Assembly (NCBI GenBank): GCA_945898195.1 | Contig: CAMDHM010000013.1 | Coordinates: forward strand, 93-64,092 | Origin: Pseudobacteriovorax antillogorgiicola | Lineage (GTDB): Bacteria > Bdellovibrionota_B > Oligoflexia > Oligoflexales > RGVZ01 | Direction: 5' to 3' | Length of the DNA stretch: 64,000 nt | Shown here: positions 28,250-37,227 of the stretch, one piece after another | How the letters are laid out: each line of letters begins with the position of its first letter | Position numbering within the stretch: the first letter of the stretch is position 1 | Translations under genes and position numbers: made by a program | The notes under the pieces: model-generated | What the model was told of the DNA's origin: nothing | What the model saw: the letters and a program-made list of their open reading frames with translations, nothing else | Database searches by the model: none

Positions 28250-29344
28250 TCAGAGCCCTTTTAGGCAATTTGCGAAGGCCGAGCAAACCTTGGGCATTGC
28301 GTCTGCCCGAACATCCAGATGGGTCACCGCACGAATCCAGCCCCCTCCCGTTGGCAGAACCAAAACGCCGACGGCAGCCAGAGCGTCAACCAGGGCCTGA
28401 GCCTTTTTAGGCCGGACCTGCAGATAAACCATGTTTGTTTGGGGATTCGGGGTTTTGGCAGCAAGGGCCTTTTCAGGATGTTCCGCACAGAGGTCTCGGA
28501 ACAACTTAGCCAACACGCCGGCTTGAAGGTGATCCTCGCCGATCCGTTCCCGGTGATGCCGCAGAGCATACAAGGCCCCCGCGGCAACGATTCCCGCTTG
28601 ACGCATTCCGCCGCCCCAACGTTTTCTGACTTTGCGTGCGCGTGCCACCAGATCACGAGAGCCACATAAGGCCGAACCCACTGGTGCACCAAGTCCCTTT
28701 GAAAAACAAACTGACGCCGAATCAAACCCGCGCAACAGCTCCGAAACATCCTTGTCAGTCGCAGCGGCAGCGTTCCAGATTCGCGCTCCGTCACAATGCA
28801 GGGCCACGCCCTTGTGACTCTGCCGAAAGGCACGGATCCGCTCCAAACCGCTTAATGGAAAAACTCGTCCACCATGACGATTGTGGGTATTTTCAAGCAC
28901 GATCATCGAGGTGGTCGCAGAATGCAGGCTGTCCTCACGCACTAAAGCCATGGCCGAATCATTCCACTGCATGAAGTCCTCGGAATTCACGCAATCAAAT
29001 TGAATGCCGGAAAGTGCTGGCCCGGCCCCTGCCTCGTATATGAAGACATGACTCTCTGCCTCAATCAAAACAGAATCACCGGGGCGGGTCTGTAAATTGA
29101 TGGCGATCTGATTCGACATCGTGCCACTTGGCACGTAGATAGCAGCTTCAAAACCGGTGATACCAGCGACCAACTCTTCAAGTTCAAGGATGGTGGGATC
29201 TTCCTGAAAAACATCATCTCCGACTTCCGCGGATGCCATCGCAGCACGCATGCCTTTGCCAGGTTGCGTGAACGTGTCGGACCTTAAATCTGCAATGATA
29301 TTTCTGATGGAGCTGGTCGTCGGTTGATTCATGGAATGGATCAC
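28250..29344 (-). CDS. ltaE: Low-specificity L-threonine aldolase
   Basis: DLRSDT, GDDV..EDPT, SGTMSNQ, ENTHN, DGARIWNA, SKGLGAPVGS, GGGMRQAG. Confidence 0.94.
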   Translation of the reverse strand: MIHSMNQPTTSSIRNIIADLRSDTFTQPGKGMRAAMASAEVGDDVFQEDPTILELEELVAGITGFEAAIYVPSGTMSNQIAINLQTRPGDSVLIEAESHVFIYEAGAGPALSGIQFDCVNSEDFMQWNDSAMALVREDSLHSATTSMIVLENTHNRHGGRVFPLSGLERIRAFRQSHKGVALHCDGARIWNAAAATDKDVSELLRGFDSASVCFSKGLGAPVGSALCGSRDLVARARKVRKRWGGGMRQAGIVAAGALYALRHHRERIGEDHLQAGVLAKLFRDLCAEHPEKALAAKTPNPQTNMVYLQVRPKKAQALVDALAAVGVLVLPTGGGWIRAVTHLDVRADAMPKVCSAFANCLKGL

Positions 29345-30063
29345 GGCACTCGGTTGTCGGGCACCGGACGACGCATTGGAATCAATACCCCACGCCTCTC
29401 GACGCGCGGCGTGAGTCGGGCAAGGTCGCCCAACCGTCGCGGTCGGACGCGACGCGTTGTCGTCGTCGTCGTCATCCGTTCCCGAGGATCGGACGGCGTC
29501 ATTAGAAACGCAGAAATACCCGAACCGTCGATCAATCGACCTGCGGCCAATCCGGCCTTCACCAATTGGCCTGCCTTGAAATCTATTTCCGGAAAAGCCG
29601 CAAGGCGTTCGACGCCAAGAGCGACTCTGGCACGAACGAGGGTTTGCATGGCTTCGTCAACGGCCCCACCCATCAAATGACAGCGCATTTGATGACTGAA
29701 AACTCCAGCCATGATCTCAATCGTGTCTGCCGCACCAACCAAATCTGCCTTTTGTTTGGCAGAAAGGCTCGCAAGTTGAGCTTCAATATGCCGGACAAGC
29801 GGGCCAAGACGGCGGCCAGCCTGTCGATAGTCACCGCGAATGTAAGAGGGAATTGACCAGAATGCAGCCGCAAATGCACGGCGCAGGATTCGGCGGCGCA
29901 TGACGCCCCTCCCCAAAATCCCAATCACCCGTTTTTCACAAAGGCATGCACGGGACAGCAAAAACAGCGTCCGAACAACCCCCGCGAGCTCTAAAGCGCC
30001 AATCTTGGCAAAAGCGAGGATCCCAGCAAAAATGACCAATGAAACCGTAATCACGTGGAGCAA
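29341..30063 (-). CDS. Hypothetical membrane-anchored protein
   Basis: 240-aa ORF with N-terminal hydrophobic segment; 4-nt overlap with ltaE. Confidence 0.55.
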   Translation of the reverse strand: MLHVITVSLVIFAGILAFAKIGALELAGVVRTLFLLSRACLCEKRVIGILGRGVMRRRILRRAFAAAFWSIPSYIRGDYRQAGRRLGPLVRHIEAQLASLSAKQKADLVGAADTIEIMAGVFSHQMRCHLMGGAVDEAMQTLVRARVALGVERLAAFPEIDFKAGQLVKAGLAAGRLIDGSGISAFLMTPSDPRERMTTTTTTRRVRPRRLGDLARLTPRVERRGVLIPMRRPVPDNRVP

Positions 30064-30246
30064 ATGCCTCCGATGGAAACCATCTCCCTGACACCAGGAC
30101 GATGCATTGACCTTTTGGCTTTAGTGCAATTTTATCGCGCTTGGCAATGCCTAGATTTAGATAGATTGCATTAAAGGTGGTTAGAAATTAAGCGGGGAGA
30201 TTATTGTTGCGGGGGGAGCCCTGCCGTGCTTAAACTTGCGGCCCGT

Positions 30247-30322
30247 GGCGTCGTACCCAAGTGGCTAAGGGGGCGCATTGCAAATGCGTTATTCGCCGGT
30301 TCGATTCCGGCCGACGCCTCCA
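30247..30322 (+). tRNA. tRNA-Cys(GCA)
   Basis: GGCGTCG/CGACGCC acceptor stem, anticodon loop TT-GCA-AA, GGTTCGATTCC T-arm, U73, encoded CCA. Confidence 0.96.
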
Positions 30323-30330
30323 CAAAACAA

Positions 30331-30361
30331 AAAAACCCGCGCTTTCACAGCGCGGGTTTTT
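30331..30361. terminator. Bidirectional intrinsic terminator
   Basis: AAAAACCCGCGCT..AGCGCGGGTTTTT between the tRNA and a convergent gene. Confidence 0.85.
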
Positions 30362-30388
30362 CTGTTTCAACAGCTTAACTATCGCCGA

Positions 30389-31324
30389 TTAACGGCTCGC
30401 AACAGCACTGTCGAGGGGGAACCATTTTGGTTCGTCAACCTGCACGGCCTTCAAAGGAAAGCCGGTCGTCGCACCAGATTCTTCCACAGCCATATCCCAG
30501 ATGGTTGCCAGAACTGCGGAAGCAAAACCCATCCGGGGAGCAAAGTAAGTCTTCAGGCCCCTATCATCCTGGGAACCACGATCACCAAAGTGATCTAGAA
30601 CACCAGCCAATTCTCCAAAAGCCACTTCGCCTTCGTGCATGGCAAGGCCTTTCGCGGCCCCTTCACTGGGACGGCCGTTGTGGCGGCCGGCTAAAGTCGG
30701 TTTACGCTTCTCACCGTCAGCGATGGTATCGCCCACCAAACGGTCATGGGGGACCGTTTCCACCAAAGTTGACTCAAAGTATTTATGAACACCCGGGCGC
30801 TTGATCGACTGACCGTCATAATCGCTGGAAACATGCATCGGCTGAGCGATGTCACCAACGTAATGACCAAGAACGCCGGCCATCTGAATCGATTCTTCCC
30901 AATTTTTTTTCTGCAGAGCCGTAACTAGGCGGCGGTAGATGCTGGAAATACGGAACATGGCCGAGCCATTTTCGTCCACGAAAGCCATTCCCATTTTATT
31001 GATCACAGAGCCCAGTGTCAGCCCATCGAATGAGCCAAGTAGGTTAGACTTCTTGTAGACATCCCAATGAAAAAAGTGCGTGCCGCGCTCTTTCTCATAA
31101 ACTCCCGGACGTTTCCACAGGCCGTCTGGCGTATTGGCAAAGCGTCCCAAAGTCTGTTTGTTATTTCTAAAAAATTCAGCCGCAGGCGAACTCGTAAGTT
31201 CTGCTGCGGCTTCGTTAACTATAAAATGGCCTTTGGCTCCCCAAGCAAAACACGGACTGCTCAGGGCCGTCGAAAAAACAAGTCCAGCTACTGCGAATAC
31301 ACCGGTCCTGACGCGACTTTGCAT
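30389..31324 (-). CDS. Secreted S1/P1 nuclease / Zn-dependent phospholipase C-family protein
   Basis: Signal peptide then WGAKGH; ANTPD, HFF, GHYVGDIAQPMH, VHKYFE Zn ligands. Confidence 0.88.
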   Translation of the reverse strand: MQSRVRTGVFAVAGLVFSTALSSPCFAWGAKGHFIVNEAAAELTSSPAAEFFRNNKQTLGRFANTPDGLWKRPGVYEKERGTHFFHWDVYKKSNLLGSFDGLTLGSVINKMGMAFVDENGSAMFRISSIYRRLVTALQKKNWEESIQMAGVLGHYVGDIAQPMHVSSDYDGQSIKRPGVHKYFESTLVETVPHDRLVGDTIADGEKRKPTLAGRHNGRPSEGAAKGLAMHEGEVAFGELAGVLDHFGDRGSQDDRGLKTYFAPRMGFASAVLATIWDMAVEESGATTGFPLKAVQVDEPKWFPLDSAVASR

Positions 31325-31527
31325 AAATCCCCCTAGTAGACAAACATTTACGGTGTTTGGTAGAAACGCCGGACCAATTACCGGCTTATATTTTGGGCAC
31401 AGCCACAGAGGCTTGTAATCTCTAATTTTTTTTAACGAAATGAGGTATAACGAGCACCACCATAGAAGTCAAGACCGCTTCAAGTTAAGATCCTGTAAAG
31501 GCCTTTTTTTACAGGTTTTTTTACGTT

Positions 31528-31779
31528 TTACTTGTTTGTTTTTTGGCGCGCCTTGCCAGGCTGATTGCCACCATCCTGCATCACTTTTTCCATCACACCG
31601 GCGGCCTTATTTTTAACGCCCCGGAACAAGAAAAACACACCAACCCCACCCAAAGCTACCGGGCCAAGCGAGCGAAACAACTCAGACATTGCAGCAGCAC
31701 CCTCTGCCCTCGACATGATCCCCGCCACCAACAATGCGGCCGCAAGTAATTGAAACCTAAGATTCCAAAGATTCTTCAT
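31528..31779 (-). CDS. Small membrane protein
   Basis: Two hydrophobic segments; last gene of the ccm operon. Confidence 0.55.
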   Translation of the reverse strand: MKNLWNLRFQLLAAALLVAGIMSRAEGAAAMSELFRSLGPVALGGVGVFFLFRGVKNKAAGVMEKVMQDGGNQPGKARQKTNK

Positions 31780-32740
31780 TTAAAAACTCCTCTTTGCGTT
31801 TCGGACGTCCCCACCAGGCCAAGCCACCACCCAGCCCAAATAACAGTGACGCCATAGAAAGTCCTATGATCCAAAGGCGTTGGCGGCCCTCGGCCACTCC
31901 AGCCACTTCAAACATCAGCGCTTCTCCGGGTGCTAGCGGAGCCGTTATGCCCCAAACCCCAGACCCGCGATCTCCTCCTCGACTCACCAAACGCTCCGCC
32001 CCCTGAAGATCAAGTCCGCTACCCTTGGCTGTCAGGATCTGCAAGTCCGGAACCTGATATGGCGCCATAAACTCAAGGCGAGACCTTCCAGCTTTCGCCC
32101 CCACAATAAATCCAAAACTCACCAGATGGACACCGGGCTCGACCTTTTTGCGAATGGCAACTGTCCCGCCTTCTCCGACGACCACCTCATCAGGCAACAG
32201 GCCGTCCTGTGGGCGGATATCAATGGCACCTGTCGGCAACATGATCGGGGTCGTAAACTCCTCCGCAACTTTGCCATCGTTTTGAAGGGTAAACACATAA
32301 TGCCCCCAAAGCTGATCCACGCCGCCACGTAACATAATCGCATGGCGCGGACCAATGACCGTTGAAGCCTGCGCCGAACCTAACGGGAAAAAAATCTGGC
32401 CCATTCCTGCCAAGGAGACGCCAAGAAGCACAGCAAGGGTGGAACCACCTCGACGGACACGCTGCAGAAAATCAAGCCGCCGGGCGACGTCGATATAGCG
32501 GTGCCGCAAATATTCTTGGCGCCGCGCCCACTCCCGCCGCGATAAATCGCCGTTGTCGAAAACAATCTCTTCTTTGACATAGCGACCGACAATGGCGGCC
32601 TTCATGGATTCCAAGCGTTCTAAATTATTGATCGTGCCCGCCGCCGCTAAAAAGCCTCCACGCCCCAAAAAAAACGGCAAAATCGTAGCGGCCAGAGCAC
32701 CTAAGGCAAAAAGCATAGATACGATCATAATTGCGGTCAT
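31757..32740 (-). CDS. Cytochrome c biogenesis-associated membrane protein (CcmI-like N-terminus plus extracytoplasmic domain)
   Basis: Coupled to ccmH; TM plus EEIVFDNGDLSRREW motif; internal and C-terminal TMs. Confidence 0.55.
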   Translation of the reverse strand: MTAIMIVSMLFALGALAATILPFFLGRGGFLAAAGTINNLERLESMKAAIVGRYVKEEIVFDNGDLSRREWARRQEYLRHRYIDVARRLDFLQRVRRGGSTLAVLLGVSLAGMGQIFFPLGSAQASTVIGPRHAIMLRGGVDQLWGHYVFTLQNDGKVAEEFTTPIMLPTGAIDIRPQDGLLPDEVVVGEGGTVAIRKKVEPGVHLVSFGFIVGAKAGRSRLEFMAPYQVPDLQILTAKGSGLDLQGAERLVSRGGDRGSGVWGITAPLAPGEALMFEVAGVAEGRQRLWIIGLSMASLLFGLGGGLAWWGRPKRKEEFLNEESLES

Positions 32741-33258
32741 GCCTTCTCCCCTTTTGTCACGCCTAATTCAGTAGCCAATCTGATCGCAGCACCGGCCTTG
32801 ACCTTGGTGATATCATTGGTCCATTCCGTGAGAATTTCTTCGAGCGGCTTCACAGCCTCCACCCCAACAAGATTGTCGCGGCGACGCCACACCAAAAGCC
32901 AGACGACAAGTGGTCCCATCACCAGCACGAGCAATGGAATCGCCCATGCCAGAACACTGACTCCTGTCTTGGGTGGAACTCGTAAAATCCATGGGCCATA
33001 TCGTTCCGTAAAAAACGACAGAATCTCCTCATGGGATTTCCCAGCCTTGAGCTGAATTGTAACCTCTTCTTTAATCTGCTTGGAAAACGGCGCGTCTGAT
33101 TCCAGGACGCTCAATCCAACACAGGTGGGACAACGCAAATCACTTGCGACATCCCGAAACTGATTTTGAAAGGCGTCCGCCTCTGCAAAACTCAACGATC
33201 CGTGCCACAAAGCAAGAGCCAACCACAACCCTGGTGCCATCCGAAAAAAAGACCTCAT
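32737..33258 (-). CDS. ccmH: Cytochrome c maturation protein CcmH
   Basis: LRCPTC, S..ESDAP, ERYGPWIL.VPP, LAWAIP. Confidence 0.93.
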   Translation of the reverse strand: MRSFFRMAPGLWLALALWHGSLSFAEADAFQNQFRDVASDLRCPTCVGLSVLESDAPFSKQIKEEVTIQLKAGKSHEEILSFFTERYGPWILRVPPKTGVSVLAWAIPLLVLVMGPLVVWLLVWRRRDNLVGVEAVKPLEEILTEWTNDITKVKAGAAIRLATELGVTKGEKA

Positions 33259-35309
33259 GGCGACACCCCACTGGCTGCATCATTGGCACTTCCAAAAGCG
33301 CTACTGTGCTCCCAAACACCACCCGCAACATCACGACTACGATCGCCACGGAACCGATCCAAGGCCGCGATGATGCCGCCAAAGACCATGATTATAACGC
33401 TGATAAAAACAAGGCGAACTGTCGGGTTAACGTGAAGTTGCAACGTCACGGTCTCACCGGATTTTTTCTCAAAATCAACCATTACAGCGTAAAGATCGTG
33501 CCAAAATCCACCCAGCACGCCCACTTCGTTCATAAGCTCTGGCTTGGTCGGATAGCGGCTTTTGGCTGGATAGACGGTCCCGATTTCACGGCCATCCCTG
33601 GTGATCAAAAGTGGCGCCTCAAAAAGCGTTGCATTGCCCTCTTCGCGGACCTGAAATTTACCCATCGTAAAGTCATAACCAAAAAGCGAGGCTGTTTCAC
33701 CGGAACGCAAAGTCACCTCGCGGTCGACGCCCCGATAATTCCCAAGAAACCCAAGAATGGCCAATAATGCGCCGATATGGGCAATAAAAGCCCCCGTGTA
33801 GGCCGTGTTCCGTAAAATAAAAACTCGCAGTCGACCAAGAAAGCCGCCGGAAACATTGGCCAATGGTTCAAGCCGCAACAAAAAGTCCGCACACAAACAA
33901 ATCACGGACCACATCACCAAATAAATTCCCACAATTTGTGCCCCAAGAGGCCAAGGCCGCGTCGTCTTAAAAACATCGCCACCCCAATAGAAGAAACCCG
34001 CCGGCACCAGCGCGATAACGGCCGCATTGATCATTAACCTGCGCCCACCTGGGATTCTGGCCGAGTGATATCGCAGTAAGTTGCCAATCGCGACGGCGAC
34101 AATCAGCGCCAGACCGATCCACGGTGCAAAGGCGTTAAAATAAGGTGCTTGAATTGAAATTCGTTGGCCACTGACGGCCTCTGACACAATCGGAAATACC
34201 GTTCCGATAAAGACGACCGTGGCCAGGGTCAACAACAAAAACTGGGTGACAATCAGGGCTGATTCTTTCGATACACCCCAAACTTTCCCGGCATCCGGAG
34301 GCAAAATAGACGGCGCCCGAAAGGCAAATAAAAGCAGGCTGCCCACCAAAAGAACGGCGATAAAAATCAGATAATTTGGGCCAATATTGCCGTCGGCAAA
34401 ACTGTGAACTGACGTGATGATCCCTGACCTTGTGATGAACGTTCCAAAAAAGCTAAAGAAAAAGGCGAGGATCGCCAAAATAACGCCCGAGCGTTTCAAA
34501 TGGCCAAGCTTGTCCTGAATGACCATCGAGTGCAGCAAAGCCGTCGCCATAAGCCAAGGCATTAAACTGGAATTCTCCACTGGATCCCACGCCCAATAGC
34601 CTGCCCAACCGAGTTCCACGTAAGCCCAGTGCCCCCCCAGCGCAACCCCAGCCGTTAGGGCGCACCAGGCAAACAGCGTCCAACGCCGCGTGGTTTTAAG
34701 CCAACCCTCGGTGATGTCACCGTAAGCCATCGCTGCAATCGCATAAGCAAAGGGGATTGCAAGGGCCGTGTAACCCGTAAAAAGGGTTGGGGGATGAATC
34801 GCCATATACGGATTTTGCAGCAGCGGATTCTTACCAAGGCCATTGGATGGGGCTGGAAGTTGCATCACAAACGGATCCGAATGACTTACTGAAAGGTAAA
34901 GCATCCAACTGACCACAGCCAATAATGAAGCTGCCACCCAAGGCATGATGTGCTCGTTATCGCGATTGCCAGTCCACAACGCAATCACCGTGAAAATCGA
35001 AAGGATCATCATCCACAGGAAGTGCGAACCCTCTAAAGCAGACCAAAAAGTAGTAAAGGTATAAAAAGCTGGAAGGTCATTACTGGAATTGCGCCAGACG
35101 TAGGCGATGGAATAATCGCGTGAAAACAGCGACAACCACATGACAATGGCAGCCAGCACGACAAACATCGCGGTCATTGTTGCGGCCATTCGGCCGGAGC
35201 GGTAGAGGCGGCGATGACGCAACCAGGCGGCAGCAATACTCGCCCCAAAACCGTAGATGCTAAAAATCAGAGCTAAAAGCAAAAACATGAATCCGAGATG
35301 TGCAGGCAT
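33255..35309 (-). CDS. ccmF: Heme lyase CcmF
   Basis: WSALEGS, NPLLQNPYMAIHPP, WAYVELGWAGYWAWDPVENSS, RSGIITSVHSF. Confidence 0.97.
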   Translation of the reverse strand: MPAHLGFMFLLLALIFSIYGFGASIAAAWLRHRRLYRSGRMAATMTAMFVVLAAIVMWLSLFSRDYSIAYVWRNSSNDLPAFYTFTTFWSALEGSHFLWMMILSIFTVIALWTGNRDNEHIMPWVAASLLAVVSWMLYLSVSHSDPFVMQLPAPSNGLGKNPLLQNPYMAIHPPTLFTGYTALAIPFAYAIAAMAYGDITEGWLKTTRRWTLFAWCALTAGVALGGHWAYVELGWAGYWAWDPVENSSLMPWLMATALLHSMVIQDKLGHLKRSGVILAILAFFFSFFGTFITRSGIITSVHSFADGNIGPNYLIFIAVLLVGSLLLFAFRAPSILPPDAGKVWGVSKESALIVTQFLLLTLATVVFIGTVFPIVSEAVSGQRISIQAPYFNAFAPWIGLALIVAVAIGNLLRYHSARIPGGRRLMINAAVIALVPAGFFYWGGDVFKTTRPWPLGAQIVGIYLVMWSVICLCADFLLRLEPLANVSGGFLGRLRVFILRNTAYTGAFIAHIGALLAILGFLGNYRGVDREVTLRSGETASLFGYDFTMGKFQVREEGNATLFEAPLLITRDGREIGTVYPAKSRYPTKPELMNEVGVLGGFWHDLYAVMVDFEKKSGETVTLQLHVNPTVRLVFISVIIMVFGGIIAALDRFRGDRSRDVAGGVWEHSSAFGSANDAASGVSP

Positions 35310-35312
35310 TGG

Positions 35313-36119
35313 TCACCACTTTACTGTAGGCGGGAGCGAGACAAAAATAGCCTCGGTGTTACCGCCAGTCATAAGTCCAAAACGAGTTCCGCGGTCCCAC
35401 GCCAAATTGAACTCAGCGTAGCGCCCACGCCAGTATAACTGGCCCTCTTTTTCTACTTCGGTCCAAAGCATCGCTTTGCGTCGCTCCAGAATACGCGGAT
35501 AAACATCCGTGTAGGCGTCCGTTAGCGCCTTCATAAAACCAAGGCAGCGATCAAAATCACCTTCAAGGTAATCAAAAAAAATCCCACCAACCCCACGTCG
35601 CGATTGGCGGTGCGGAATATAAAAATATTCGTCGCACCAGGCGCGAAATCTCGGATGGCAGTCTGGCGCCCAAGACTTGCAGGCCTCCGCCATTGCAGCG
35701 TGAAATTCGCGGGTGTCATCCTCATACTCAATGAATGGGGTTAGATCGGCGCCCCCGCCAATCCAAAAAGAATCCCCGACCTCAAGCATCCGGACATTCA
35801 TGTGGGCAATGGGCGCATGGGGATTCATCATGTGAGCAATGGTGGATAGGCCAGCAGCGGTGAACGGCTTACCTCGATGCTCACCTTCCATTGCTGGATA
35901 TTCCGGGCCGGACACCGATGAAATATTAACCCCGGCCTTTTCAACCACAGCCCCTCGAAGGACTGCCATTGTGCCGCCTCCGCCCTCAGGCCTGGTCCAA
36001 GGTTTAAATTGAATTTTAGCAGCACCATCAGCCGCTTCCAGCTTTACAGCGAGGCGGCTTCTGGCGTCTTCCAAGAACGCCTGCAGGCGCTCCCGTTGTT
36101 CAGGTAAAAGTTTCATCAA
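35313..36119 (-). CDS. hemF: Oxygen-dependent coproporphyrinogen III oxidase
   Basis: EKAGVN, HMNVR, GGGADLTP, WCDEYFYIPHR..RGVGGIFFD, RGRYAEFNL..DRGT.FGL. Confidence 0.96.
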   Translation of the reverse strand: MMKLLPEQRERLQAFLEDARSRLAVKLEAADGAAKIQFKPWTRPEGGGGTMAVLRGAVVEKAGVNISSVSGPEYPAMEGEHRGKPFTAAGLSTIAHMMNPHAPIAHMNVRMLEVGDSFWIGGGADLTPFIEYEDDTREFHAAMAEACKSWAPDCHPRFRAWCDEYFYIPHRQSRRGVGGIFFDYLEGDFDRCLGFMKALTDAYTDVYPRILERRKAMLWTEVEKEGQLYWRGRYAEFNLAWDRGTRFGLMTGGNTEAIFVSLPPTVKW

Positions 36120-36205
36120 TGAAGGTCATAGCATCTCCCGTAAACGGGAACAATTCTTAAGGTTTCTCCCCAAAGATAGCGGCCTGAGCGTCAATGGCCA
36201 TCTGC

Positions 36206-36889
36206 CTAGGGAAGCCTGATGTCATGCCGAGGTATGGAGTCCACACCCAGTTCGACCGCAACCCACTCATTCGTACTTTGTGTAGCCATGCCCCAACGGC
36301 GCAGTGAGTCAAAAACGGCAACGCTCGCGCCGAATCCATGCCGGAATTCCGTCCTCAAAAGGCCGCCAACATCGCTCACGGCGTGAATGCAATTAATGGC
36401 GCCACCCGAACGAAATTGATAAACCCCGCTGCGATACGGCTTGTCGTCCACAATGTATGAAACCGAACCAGATTCAAGGAAGGCAATGCGCCTCAATCCA
36501 GCCTGGTAAAACCCTTCGGAGACTTCAATTGGCCCCCAACGCATGACAGAAAGCCGCGCATCAGAAGCAATTTGGAGGGTTTCCGACAGAGAAAAATTTC
36601 GCGCCGACTGAGGTGACAAACGCAGTAGGCGGACATCGCGAGAAACCGGAAGCCAGCTGATCGAATGCGACTCGAACCCTTGGAGGTCGTCCGCATCTCG
36701 AGACCCAGTCGATTCGATAAAAGAGGCAAAGGTATGGGAATTATGGACGCTATTGCTGCGGTCCTGGTACCCGTACACAATTAGATAGTGATGCCGAAGG
36801 GACTGCCCATTGGCCGCGCCAGCAAGCCCCCACGACATCAAAACAACCTGAATGACCCTAGCGGCATATGGCGCCAACGCACGAATCAT
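36206..36889 (-). CDS. Secreted hypothetical protein, possible permuted papain-like fold
   Basis: Signal peptide; SHTFA upstream of NCIHAV. Confidence 0.55.
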   Translation of the reverse strand: MIRALAPYAARVIQVVLMSWGLAGAANGQSLRHHYLIVYGYQDRSNSVHNSHTFASFIESTGSRDADDLQGFESHSISWLPVSRDVRLLRLSPQSARNFSLSETLQIASDARLSVMRWGPIEVSEGFYQAGLRRIAFLESGSVSYIVDDKPYRSGVYQFRSGGAINCIHAVSDVGGLLRTEFRHGFGASVAVFDSLRRWGMATQSTNEWVAVELGVDSIPRHDIRLP

Positions 36890-37019
36890 AAAAACTCCCC
36901 TTGATCCCGCAAAACAGTTTCATGATTTGTTGTTAATAATCATTAAAACCATACCGCAGCAATAAAAAAGTGGCCGCGGCTGTTCCTATTTCCGGGAATC
37001 ATTTGAAGGGGGATAGTAG

Positions 37020-37124
37020 TTATTCCTTCAATTTCTTCTTTTCACGCTTTTCTTGTTTTTTTTCCTTCGCCGTTTTCAGGGCTGGCTTCTTCTCGGCCTT
37101 TTTCGAAACTTGACCTTTTGCCAT
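37020..37124 (-). CDS. 34-aa Lys-rich small protein (not in the ORF track)
   Basis: AAGGAG RBS; MAKGQVSKKAEKKPALKTAKEKKQEKREKKKLKE*. Confidence 0.75.
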   Translation of the reverse strand: MAKGQVSKKAEKKPALKTAKEKKQEKREKKKLKE

Positions 37125-37227
37125 GAGGGACTCCTTCAACTAGTTGTTAACGTAACCCGCTATTATCATCGCAAAACCGCGACGACCTTTCGAGTGCTTT
37201 TTGAACCCAACCTCAACCGCCTGATAA

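Noticed and set aside
30247-30400. tRNA-Cys as an integration site
   Set aside because: No duplicated tRNA 3' end or integrase seen; a terminator follows directly
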